49,202 nucleotides of DNA from Marine Group I thaumarchaeote (lineage in GTDB: Archaea > Thermoproteota > Nitrososphaeria > Nitrososphaerales > Nitrosopumilaceae): NCBI GenBank assembly GCA_044358425.1, contig CP054849.1, positions 306,826 through 356,027 of the forward strand, read 5' to 3'. Numbering within the stretch: position 1 is the first letter of the stretch; each line of letters opens with the position of its first letter. The notes beneath the pieces are model-generated. The model was not told where the DNA came from and did no database searches. It saw nothing but the letters and a program-made list of their open reading frames with translations. A program made the position numbers and the translations under genes. Positions 40,995 to 49,202 of the stretch are shown piece by piece.

Positions 40995-41759
40995 ATGACC
41001 AAATTAGAGGCAAAAAATATTGTAAAATATTTTAGCCATGATTCTCATAAACTAACAGCACTAGGAGGTGTAAATTTAAAAATTGAATCTGGTGATTTTG
41101 TATGTTTAGTTGGACCTTCGGGCTGTGGAAAATCTACTTTTTTACGAATAGTTGCTGGATTGGAAAAACCTGATGATGGTCAAATAATTTTTGATGGTCA
41201 TCCTGTCAGTGAAACCGGACCTGAAAGAATCATGGTCTTTCAAGAGGGTGCATTGTTTCCTTGGTTGAAGGTTCAAGACAATGTTGAATTTGGATTGAAA
41301 ATGGCTGGAATTTCAAAAGAAGAACGTGCAAAAATATCTCACAGATATCTTGATATGATGCAATTGACAAAATTCGCAGATTCATATACTTATCAACTTT
41401 CAACTGGAATGAAACAACGTGTAGCTATTGCTAGAGCTCTTGTTATGGATCCTGATGTTTTACTTATGGATGAACCTTTTGCAGCCCTTGATGCGCAAAC
41501 TCGAGATTTGTTATTAGTTGAAATGCAATTAATTTGGGAAAAAACAAAAAAAACTATTTTATTTGTTACACATAATGTTGCAGAAGCTGCCGTTCTTGGA
41601 ACTAAAGTTGCAGTATTCAGCAATAGACCATCTGTAATTAAAAAAGAATTCAAAAATGATTTTCCTAGACCTAGAACAGCTGAAGATGAATCATTGACAA
41701 AATTTCAACAAGATATTTTACTAGAATTGCGACCTGAGGTAAAGAAAAACATCGAGTGA
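40995..41759 (+). CDS. ABC transporter ATP-binding protein (SsuB/TauB family)
   Basis: GPSGCGKS, LSTGMKQR, DEPFAALD. Confidence 0.93.
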   Translation: MTKLEAKNIVKYFSHDSHKLTALGGVNLKIESGDFVCLVGPSGCGKSTFLRIVAGLEKPDDGQIIFDGHPVSETGPERIMVFQEGALFPWLKVQDNVEFGLKMAGISKEERAKISHRYLDMMQLTKFADSYTYQLSTGMKQRVAIARALVMDPDVLLMDEPFAALDAQTRDLLLVEMQLIWEKTKKTILFVTHNVAEAAVLGTKVAVFSNRPSVIKKEFKNDFPRPRTAEDESLTKFQQDILLELRPEVKKNIE

Positions 41760-41764
41760 TAATT

Positions 41765-42523
41765 ATGGCAAAAAATTTTACTCCTCATAGAATTGCATTT
41801 TACGTTGGAATTATTGTTTTATGGCAAGTAATTGCTATGGCTGGAATATGGCCTGATAATATTTTTCCTTCACCATATGAAGTAGCTGAAGATTTGTTTT
41901 ATGGTGGTGCAGATGGAAGTTTGTTTTATGGTATTGCTACTAGTATGTGGAGATTATCCATTGGATTAGCAATTGCAATAGCTGGTGGAATTGTTTTAGG
42001 AATTTTTATGGCAAGAATTGAAGTAATTAACCAGACAGTAGGTTCCCTAGTTTTGGGATTACAATCTATTCCTTCAATCGCTTGGGTACCATTAGGTATT
42101 CTTTGGTTTGGTTTAACTGATGGTGGAATAATTTTTGTTACTGCAATTGGAGCCATTTTTGCTGTTACCATTAACACGTATACCGGAGTCAAGAATATTG
42201 ATCCTCATTTTATCGAGGCTGCAAGAAATATGGGTGCTAAAGGAACTCAATTAGTTACTTCTGTGCTCATTCCTGCTGCTTTTCCGTACATGATTTCTGG
42301 ATTTAAACAAGGTTGGGCTTTTGCATGGAGGGGAGTGATAGGAGCTGAAATTTTATTCTCCTTTTTGGGATTGGGATTTTTACTCAATGCTGGACGTTCA
42401 CTCAATGATGTATCTCAAGTAATTGGAATAATGGTTGTCATTATGTTAATTGGTTTGATCATTGATGGAGTGATCTTCAAACGTTTAGAAAATAAAGTAA
42501 TGTCTCGATGGGGATTACGATAA
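41765..42523 (+). CDS. ABC transporter permease (SsuC/TauC family)
   Basis: PSIAWVP, EAARNMGA. Confidence 0.92.
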   Translation: MAKNFTPHRIAFYVGIIVLWQVIAMAGIWPDNIFPSPYEVAEDLFYGGADGSLFYGIATSMWRLSIGLAIAIAGGIVLGIFMARIEVINQTVGSLVLGLQSIPSIAWVPLGILWFGLTDGGIIFVTAIGAIFAVTINTYTGVKNIDPHFIEAARNMGAKGTQLVTSVLIPAAFPYMISGFKQGWAFAWRGVIGAEILFSFLGLGFLLNAGRSLNDVSQVIGIMVVIMLIGLIIDGVIFKRLENKVMSRWGLR

Positions 42524-42526
42524 ATC

Positions 42527-43627
42527 CTATTTACCAATTTTTAATGAAACCAAAAATGCACCAATTATTATTATGATTGCAAAATACATTACAGCAACAT
42601 AGTCAAACATGAATGCAATACTTCCTGCAATGATTGGCCCTATTACCGTTGAAATTGATAGTGTTGAACTAAATATGCCCGTTGATGTTGAACGTGGATT
42701 GTTTTCCATTAGGTGAAAGTTTCCTCCAATAAACAAAAATGCCCATGTTGCACCAACCAATGACATGAATGGCATTGCCATCCACCATTCTGTAACAAAT
42801 GATAATCCAATAAAGACAAAAGTTGTAAACCCAATTCCTATTTTGAATTTTGTAATATTTGAAAGATGAATTTTACTTGCCATTACATTCATCAAGATAA
42901 ATGCTGTCAGTGTATTGGCAACATACACTATAGAAATATGGTACAAATCACCTCCCCACCTTTCAACAATCATTATTGGAAGAATTGTCCATACAGCTGC
43001 AGCACCAATATGTCTTAGTAATAATGATAAAAATAGGAATTTATTTTTTAAAATAACTAGTTTTGTTGTTCCCGGTTCAATCTCTTTTTTTTGTTCTGGG
43101 TTTGGAAGTTTGATTGTAAAAATCAAACCAATTACAAATGATGCTGCACTGATTAAGAAAATTAATCTAAGATCACTTGCTATTCCAGCTGCAGCTATTC
43201 CTGCTAACCACCCTAAAGCATGAAATGAAATGACTGTTGCTGCTCTTTTTTTGTCAATATTTGCTTCATATGTGTACGCAATCATTGCTGGAATCATTAT
43301 TCCACTTGCTATTCCAGCAGCAATTCTTACTAGGAATAATAAAGTTAGATCATCGGCAAAATAATGCAATCCAAATGCTATGGCGCATCCTATGAATCCA
43401 ATTCTGATAAATTTGAGTCTAGTTCCTTTCTTATCTGAATATCTTCCAAAATAAATTTCTGACAGAATTTGTGCAAAACTAAATGAGGCTATCAATAACC
43501 CAATTTCAAAAATGGAATCTGTAACTCCTTTTCCAATAATTGGCATGAATACAAATACAATGGAAATTCCTGCATGTTGAAAAAATGTAGCAATACGAAC
43601 TAAGTTGTTAATCTGTAACTTTGACAT
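42527..43627 (-). CDS. MFS transporter
   Basis: Multiple TM segments, GRYSDKKG motif A. Confidence 0.88.
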   Translation of the reverse strand: MSKLQINNLVRIATFFQHAGISIVFVFMPIIGKGVTDSIFEIGLLIASFSFAQILSEIYFGRYSDKKGTRLKFIRIGFIGCAIAFGLHYFADDLTLLFLVRIAAGIASGIMIPAMIAYTYEANIDKKRAATVISFHALGWLAGIAAAGIASDLRLIFLISAASFVIGLIFTIKLPNPEQKKEIEPGTTKLVILKNKFLFLSLLLRHIGAAAVWTILPIMIVERWGGDLYHISIVYVANTLTAFILMNVMASKIHLSNITKFKIGIGFTTFVFIGLSFVTEWWMAMPFMSLVGATWAFLFIGGNFHLMENNPRSTSTGIFSSTLSISTVIGPIIAGSIAFMFDYVAVMYFAIIIIIGAFLVSLKIGK

Positions 43628-43703
43628 AAATATACAAAAATTCCATTTTCACCTAATTTCAACATACGTGTACATTTGAGTCTAGTTCCTTTCTTTATCT
43701 GAA
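43411..43703 (+). repeat. 29/30-bp direct repeat (43411-43439 and 43674-43703)
   Basis: ATTTGAGTCTAGTTCCTTTC(T)TTATCTGAA, identical except one extra T. Confidence 0.85.
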
Positions 43704-43737
43704 AAGAGTTAAACTGTCCAAGTATTTTTTAAAATTA

Positions 43738-44700
43738 TTGACTGAAAAAGAATCTTTCTTAGATGCATTAAAAAATAGAATTTTACTCTTTGATGGAGCT
43801 ATGGGAACTGAAATTCAAAAATATGATCCTGCCCCTGAAGATTTTCCAAATAATCAAGATGGATTTAACGATGGTTTGATTTTAACTCATCCTGATTGGA
43901 TAAAACAAATTCATCGAAATTATTTAGATGCTGGTGCTGATTGTATTGAAACAAATTCTTTCGGTTCTAACAAAATAAAATTAGATGAATATGGTTTTGG
44001 TGATCAAACGGTTGATTTCAATAAAAAAATTGCTTTACTTGCATCTGAAGTTTGTGCTGAATACTCTGACACTCCCAGATATGTAATTGGCTCCATGGGT
44101 CCAACTGGATATTTACCAAGTTCTGATGATCCTGATTTAGGCCAAAAACCTCTTGATGAAATCCGTGAAGCTTTTGAATTACAAGCTGAAGGATTAATTC
44201 TTGGTGGTGTAGATGCATTGTTAATTGAAACAAGTCAGGATATTTTGGAAGTCAAATTAGTAATTGAGGCATGTCATAATGCAATGTCTAAAACTGGAAA
44301 GAAGGTTGCAATTATTTCTAATACTACACTTGATCAATATGGAAAAATGTTACTTGGTACTAACATTCAATCTGCATACACCACCGTATCTGATATGGGG
44401 ATTGATGTTTTTGGATTAAATTGCTCTACTGGTCCTATTGAAATGAACCCTAGTGTTCAATGGCTAGATGAACAAAATGAACATAATCTTTTGGTAGTTC
44501 CAAATGCTGGGATGCCTGAAAATCAAGGAGGTAAAGCTGTTTACAAAATGACTCCTGAAAAAATGGCTGATGCCTTGGGTGATTTTATTGATCAATACAA
44601 CAAAGTAAGAATAATTGGCGGATGCTGCGGCACAAATCCTGAACATATTCAGTCTTTACGAAAAATTATTGACGAAAAAGCCAGTTCTATCAAGGGTTAA
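43738..44700 (+). CDS. metH: cobalamin-dependent methionine synthase, homocysteine-binding subunit
   Basis: DGAMGT, GLNC, PNAG, GGCCGT. Confidence 0.93.
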   Translation: MTEKESFLDALKNRILLFDGAMGTEIQKYDPAPEDFPNNQDGFNDGLILTHPDWIKQIHRNYLDAGADCIETNSFGSNKIKLDEYGFGDQTVDFNKKIALLASEVCAEYSDTPRYVIGSMGPTGYLPSSDDPDLGQKPLDEIREAFELQAEGLILGGVDALLIETSQDILEVKLVIEACHNAMSKTGKKVAIISNTTLDQYGKMLLGTNIQSAYTTVSDMGIDVFGLNCSTGPIEMNPSVQWLDEQNEHNLLVVPNAGMPENQGGKAVYKMTPEKMADALGDFIDQYNKVRIIGGCCGTNPEHIQSLRKIIDEKASSIKG

Positions 44701-44731
44701 GTATTTAGAAAAACTGATGTGATTTTAGAGT

Positions 44732-47230
44732 ATGACTGTTCCAAGAGTAAGTTCTGCATTAAAAGCAGTTGATCTTAAACAAATCCCTGCACCTTTGATT
44801 ATTGGAGAACGAATAAACACTCAAGGCTCTAGAAAAGCCAAAAAATTGGTTCTTGCTGATGATTTTGATGGTTTAGTTGACTTGGCACGAATTCAAGCTG
44901 AAGATGGTGCACATTGTTTGGATGTTTGTGTTGCTACAACTGAACGCTCGGATGAGCGTGAATTTATGTTAACTTTGGTCAAAAAATTAAGTTTAGAAAT
45001 AGATGCTCCTTTAGTAATTGATTCAACTGATCCAGAAGTAATTGCATCTTCTGTTAATCAAATTCCTGGCAGACCCATTATCAATTCTATTAATTTAGAG
45101 GGTGATGGTAGTAGATTTGAAAAACTAGCTCCAGTAATGGCAAAGTATGGACTACCTGCAATAGCTTTATGCATCGGTCCTAATGGAATGGCAAAAACTC
45201 CTCAACAAAAACTAGATACTGCGGAATTACTTTATGAAACCGGTAAAAATTATGGATTAAAAATTGAACAATTTATTTTTGATGTACTTACATTTACTTT
45301 AGCAACTGGTGAGGATGAATTTCTTGATGCTGGTAAAAATACTTTGGAAGGAATAGGTCTTGTAAAAGAAAAATTTCCCAATTGTTTTACTACTTTGGGA
45401 TTAAGTAACATTAGTTTTGGATTAATGCCTTATGCTAGAAAAATTGTTAATTCTGTATTTTTACATCATGCAGTTAAAGTAGGATTGGATTCTGCAATAG
45501 TAAATGCTAAAGAAATTATTCCATATGGTGAAATTGATTCTAAAGAAAAAAAACTAGCTGAGGATTTAATTTTTAATACTCATCCCGATGCTTTATCTGA
45601 ATTAATTTCTTATTTTGAAAAGGCAGGACCTCAAACCAGTAATAATGTAAAAAAAGTTGATGTTGATCCTTCGTGGCCTCCTGGGAAACGAGCTAATTTC
45701 AGAATTGTAAATAGACTCAAAGATGGAATTCAAAATGATGTTGTTTGTGCAATTGCTGATAAACTTGGAAAAACTGACTTAATTTTAGACAATGATGGAA
45801 TATTGAGCCTAGATCTTCCTAAAGATGTGACTCATGCTGGAGCTATCAAGACTCTCAATGAAGATTTACTGCCTGCAATGAAAGAAGTAGGTGATAAGTT
45901 TGGAGCAGGCGAATTAATTTTACCATTTGTTTTAAAATCTGCTGAATGTATGAAAGCCTCTGTTGGGGAACTTGAAAAATATCTAGTAAAGGAAGAAGGA
46001 ACTAGTAAGGGTAAACTTGTTTTAGGAACAGTTTATGGTGACGTTCATGATATTGGAAAAAATTTGGTTAAAACAATTTTTCAAAATAATGGATATTCTG
46101 TATATGATTTAGGAAAACAAGTTCCGCTTCAAAAATTCTTAGAAAAAATTGATGAAGTAAAACCTGATGCTATCGGCTTATCTGCATTATTGGTTTCAAC
46201 TTCTAAACAAATGCAATTTTTTGTTGAACATGCTAGAAAAAATAACATGACTGTTCCAATTCTTTGTGGCGGAGCTGCAATTAACAGTAATTACATTAAT
46301 CGAATCGCTAAGGATGGCGGAATTTATGATCCTGGTGTGTTTTATTGTAATACGATGTTTGAAGGCCTAAAAACTATGGATGCCTTAATTTCTGATGACA
46401 AACCAAAACTTTTGGAAGAATGGAAGACAAAATTAGAAAATTGGAAGGAGAAATCAAACACTGATGTTGATCCATCCACTCTTCCAAGAAGTAACGTTCA
46501 ACCTGTAACTCCCCCTACTCCAAAAATAATTGGTCAACCAATTCGTTTGAAATTGGATCAAATCAATATGGCGGAGGTTTGGACAATGATTGATAAAAAA
46601 TCTCTATTCAAATTATCTTGGGGATTGCGTGGAAAAGCAGGTTCTGAATCCGAAGAAGAACATGAACAATTACTTACTGAATGGAAAATGAAATTACTGC
46701 GAGATAAATTAATTGAACCTGAAATTGTGTATGGATATTTCAAATGTCATAATAATGGACAAAAATTATTGGTTGAAAATCCTTCTGGAGATGATGTTGA
46801 ATTTGATTTTCCGCGCTCTACTCGCCCTGAACATCTGTGTTTGACTGATTATTTTGGAGATGATGATATTGTTGCATTTCAATCTGTAACTGTTGGAACA
46901 AAGGTTGCTGATGTCCTTGAAAAATGGAATGATGAGGATAAATACTCTGATGCCTACTATCTTCATGGACTAGCTGTTGAATTAGCAGAAGCTTTAGCAC
47001 AATGGGTTAATGTAAAAATTAAATCTGAATTAGAGTTAGATAAAGGCGGTTTGAGATATAGTTGGGGATTTCCTAGTTGTCCTGATGTGTCTCAACATCA
47101 TTTAGTATGGAAATTATTACAACCTGAGAAATCTGGAATGACTATTACTGAATCTGGCCAAATAATTCCTGAGCAATCCACTGCAGCTATTGTTATTCAT
47201 CATCCAAATGCACAATATTTTGTAATTTAG
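44732..47230 (+). CDS. metH: cobalamin-dependent methionine synthase, pterin/B12/AdoMet-activation subunit
   Basis: IGERIN, SNISFG, GDVHDIGKN, RYSWGFPSCP, PEQST. Confidence 0.93.
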   Translation: MTVPRVSSALKAVDLKQIPAPLIIGERINTQGSRKAKKLVLADDFDGLVDLARIQAEDGAHCLDVCVATTERSDEREFMLTLVKKLSLEIDAPLVIDSTDPEVIASSVNQIPGRPIINSINLEGDGSRFEKLAPVMAKYGLPAIALCIGPNGMAKTPQQKLDTAELLYETGKNYGLKIEQFIFDVLTFTLATGEDEFLDAGKNTLEGIGLVKEKFPNCFTTLGLSNISFGLMPYARKIVNSVFLHHAVKVGLDSAIVNAKEIIPYGEIDSKEKKLAEDLIFNTHPDALSELISYFEKAGPQTSNNVKKVDVDPSWPPGKRANFRIVNRLKDGIQNDVVCAIADKLGKTDLILDNDGILSLDLPKDVTHAGAIKTLNEDLLPAMKEVGDKFGAGELILPFVLKSAECMKASVGELEKYLVKEEGTSKGKLVLGTVYGDVHDIGKNLVKTIFQNNGYSVYDLGKQVPLQKFLEKIDEVKPDAIGLSALLVSTSKQMQFFVEHARKNNMTVPILCGGAAINSNYINRIAKDGGIYDPGVFYCNTMFEGLKTMDALISDDKPKLLEEWKTKLENWKEKSNTDVDPSTLPRSNVQPVTPPTPKIIGQPIRLKLDQINMAEVWTMIDKKSLFKLSWGLRGKAGSESEEEHEQLLTEWKMKLLRDKLIEPEIVYGYFKCHNNGQKLLVENPSGDDVEFDFPRSTRPEHLCLTDYFGDDDIVAFQSVTVGTKVADVLEKWNDEDKYSDAYYLHGLAVELAEALAQWVNVKIKSELELDKGGLRYSWGFPSCPDVSQHHLVWKLLQPEKSGMTITESGQIIPEQSTAAIVIHHPNAQYFVI

Positions 47231-47962
47231 TTACCAGTTTTTTTCTAAATACTCTCTTAATCCATTAAAATCGTTTGGTGATGTAATTAGAATATCTTTT
47301 GTAATTTTGTATGTTTCAGTTACTAATTTATGAAATTCATTATTGTATTCCTCTAAATTCAATCCCAAAAAATCTGCTGATTTTTGATTTTTTTCTGATG
47401 GAAATAATATAATTGGAATAATAGAAAATTCTTTTAGATTATCTGACAGATTTTGAACTTGTTGAATATTTTGAATTACTTGAGTCATGAATCCTTTGGG
47501 ATTTGCTTTAATTTTTTTTCCAATTTTTAGGAAATTTGGTTTATTTGATATTGAAAGATACAAATCAATTTTTGTTCCATATTTTTTTTTCAAATTTGAT
47601 ACTACTGCACTGGGAATTAAGCCTAAATCTTGTGATTTTGACTGTGATGGATCACCCATAAGTATCAAAATTCCTTCAATATTTGTAACAATACAGGTTT
47701 CTACAAATTTTTTAATTTCTTCCTCATTTTTGTCTCTGACTCTTAGGCTTACTGTAATTGGATGATTTGGTATTTCTTTTTTCAAAATTTTTCCAACTTC
47801 TAATGGCGATACTCTTTCATGTCCTAACACATTTTCAGTTAAGTGAATTGCGTCACATTTTTTAGATATTGTTTTAATTTTTTCTACAAATTTTTCAATA
47901 GATTCATCCTTGTTGATATTTGGTAAAATTTTAGGTGGATTTGCTTCATATCTAATCGTCAT
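47231..47962 (-). CDS. methylenetetrahydrofolate reductase-like protein
   Basis: EANPPK, RVRD.N, GDP, FMTQ; adjacent to metH. Confidence 0.75.
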   Translation of the reverse strand: MTIRYEANPPKILPNINKDESIEKFVEKIKTISKKCDAIHLTENVLGHERVSPLEVGKILKKEIPNHPITVSLRVRDKNEEEIKKFVETCIVTNIEGILILMGDPSQSKSQDLGLIPSAVVSNLKKKYGTKIDLYLSISNKPNFLKIGKKIKANPKGFMTQVIQNIQQVQNLSDNLKEFSIIPIILFPSEKNQKSADFLGLNLEEYNNEFHKLVTETYKITKDILITSPNDFNGLREYLEKNW

Positions 47963-48033
47963 ATTTTCATTTTTTCAATACTTGGTTAAAACCTTTGAAT
48001 ACTAAAACCTCTGTATAATTGTAGGAAAATATT

Positions 48034-48585
48034 ATGCATTTTGATAAATTAAAATCTATTTTATCTACTCCCATAAACCCAGAAATTCAATCTGACATGG
48101 ATTACAGATTAGCTGCTGTTTTAGTTATAATTTATGGTAAAACTCCGCTAATCATTATGACTGAAAAACCAAAAAGTATGAAATTTCATGCCGGCGAAAT
48201 TTCATTTCCTGGTGGAAAACTGGACACAAATGATTCTAATCTTTTGGATACTGCATTACGTGAAACAAGCGAAGAAATTGGATTAAATGTCTCAAAAAAT
48301 GAGATAGTTGGTCAATTAAATCCTGTCAAGACTCTGACTACTGGATTTCTAATTTTGCCATTTGTTTGTATGTTGGAACAAATCCCGCCTCTTGTAACTA
48401 ATTCTGAAGTTAAGAAAATTCTTCATATTCCATTAAGCCCATTTCTACAAACTGTTGCAAAAGATTGCGATCCTAGTCATAACTTAATGAATGAAATGTA
48501 CACCTTTGAGTATCAAAAACAGATTGTTTGGGGTGCTTCTGCTAGAATATTAAAACAAATTGAGAATACACTGAGATTCATTTAA
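48034..48585 (+). CDS. Nudix CoA pyrophosphatase
   Basis: HAGEISFPGGK, ALRETSEEIG, VWGASA. Confidence 0.9.
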   Translation: MHFDKLKSILSTPINPEIQSDMDYRLAAVLVIIYGKTPLIIMTEKPKSMKFHAGEISFPGGKLDTNDSNLLDTALRETSEEIGLNVSKNEIVGQLNPVKTLTTGFLILPFVCMLEQIPPLVTNSEVKKILHIPLSPFLQTVAKDCDPSHNLMNEMYTFEYQKQIVWGASARILKQIENTLRFI

Positions 48586-48611
48586 AAAGAGCTCTTCGTG
48601 CCTGAAAAACT

Positions 48612-48770
48612 ATGGCTGCACGCAAGTCCTCTCCAAGAAAAATTCGTCTGCTAAAAAAAACAAAGCAGGCTACTGCAGTACCAGCTTGGATTATACTAAA
48701 AACTAACAGAACAGTTAGAACTAATCCAAAACGTAGAGCTTGGAGATCAACTGATGTGGAGGTTGGATAA
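48612..48770 (+). CDS. rpl39e: 50S ribosomal protein L39e
   Basis: MAARKSSPRKIRLLKKTKQATAVPAWIILKTNRTVRTNPKRRAWRSTDVEVG*. Confidence 0.93.
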   Translation: MAARKSSPRKIRLLKKTKQATAVPAWIILKTNRTVRTNPKRRAWRSTDVEVG

Positions 48771-49157
48771 TTGTCACAAGAATTAGAACGTGTTTATACA
48801 ATCCCATTAGGTAAAGTATTACTTTCACAATCACAACATCGAGCAGTTAGAGCTATCAATATGATTAAGGAATTTGCCCAACATCATATGAAAGTGGAAA
48901 CCATTAAAATTGATGAAGAGTTATCTCATCAAATTTGGGCTAGAGGTGTTCGTAGTCCTCCAAGAAAAATTAAAGTTAGAATGAGTAAAACTGATGAAGG
49001 TTATGTTCTTGTAACTCCATTTACTGACGATGTAGAATCAGCTGCTAGTCCCGCAAAAGAAAATAAAAAAGTTGAAGATAAAGTTGAAGATGTTGTAGAA
49101 GAAGCACCAGCTAAAGAAGAAGCACCAGCTAAAGAAGAAGCACCATCTAAAGATTAA
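48771..49157 (+). CDS. rpl31e: 50S ribosomal protein L31e with acidic tail
   Basis: ERVYTIPL, RAVRAI, IWARG..PPRKI. Confidence 0.95.
   Translation: MSQELERVYTIPLGKVLLSQSQHRAVRAINMIKEFAQHHMKVETIKIDEELSHQIWARGVRSPPRKIKVRMSKTDEGYVLVTPFTDDVESAASPAKENKKVEDKVEDVVEEAPAKEEAPAKEEAPSKD
49098..49151 (+). repeat. 18-bp tandem repeat x3 (EEAPAK)
   Basis: GAAGAAGCACCAGCTAAA twice plus GAAGAAGCACCATCTAAA. Confidence 0.9.
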
Positions 49158-49202
49158 AAATTAAAATTTTCGTAATTCTAATAAAATTAGTTAGACTAAA
49201 AT

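Overview
AT-rich chromosomal segment from an ammonia-oxidising archaeon of the Nitrosopumilaceae (Nitrosopumilus-like). Diagnostic genes are a eukaryote-type topoisomerase IB, the 3-hydroxypropionyl-CoA synthetase/dehydratase pair of the 3HP/4HB carbon-fixation cycle, a LysW-dependent Lys/Arg cluster, proteasome alpha, Dph5, deoxyhypusine synthase and ribosomal proteins L39e/L31e. Positions ~1-6200 are an accessory region. It holds a tRNA 3'-end remnant, a broken surface-protein gene, short repeats and many unannotated microproteins, eight of which carry Cys/His metal-binding motifs of several types. Positions ~6300-49200 are ordinary core genome. Most notable observations: (i) the LysW in the lysine operon ends in EDWGQ rather than the catalytically required EDWGE, while a second LysW ends in EDWGE; (ii) the zinc-finger microprotein island with recurring boundary motifs; (iii) an Elf1-like zinc ribbon fused to a Hrq1/DUF1998 helicase; (iv) a tRNA-Met with a non-canonically placed intron. 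All assignments come from reading the sequence and recognising motifs; no database searches were run.
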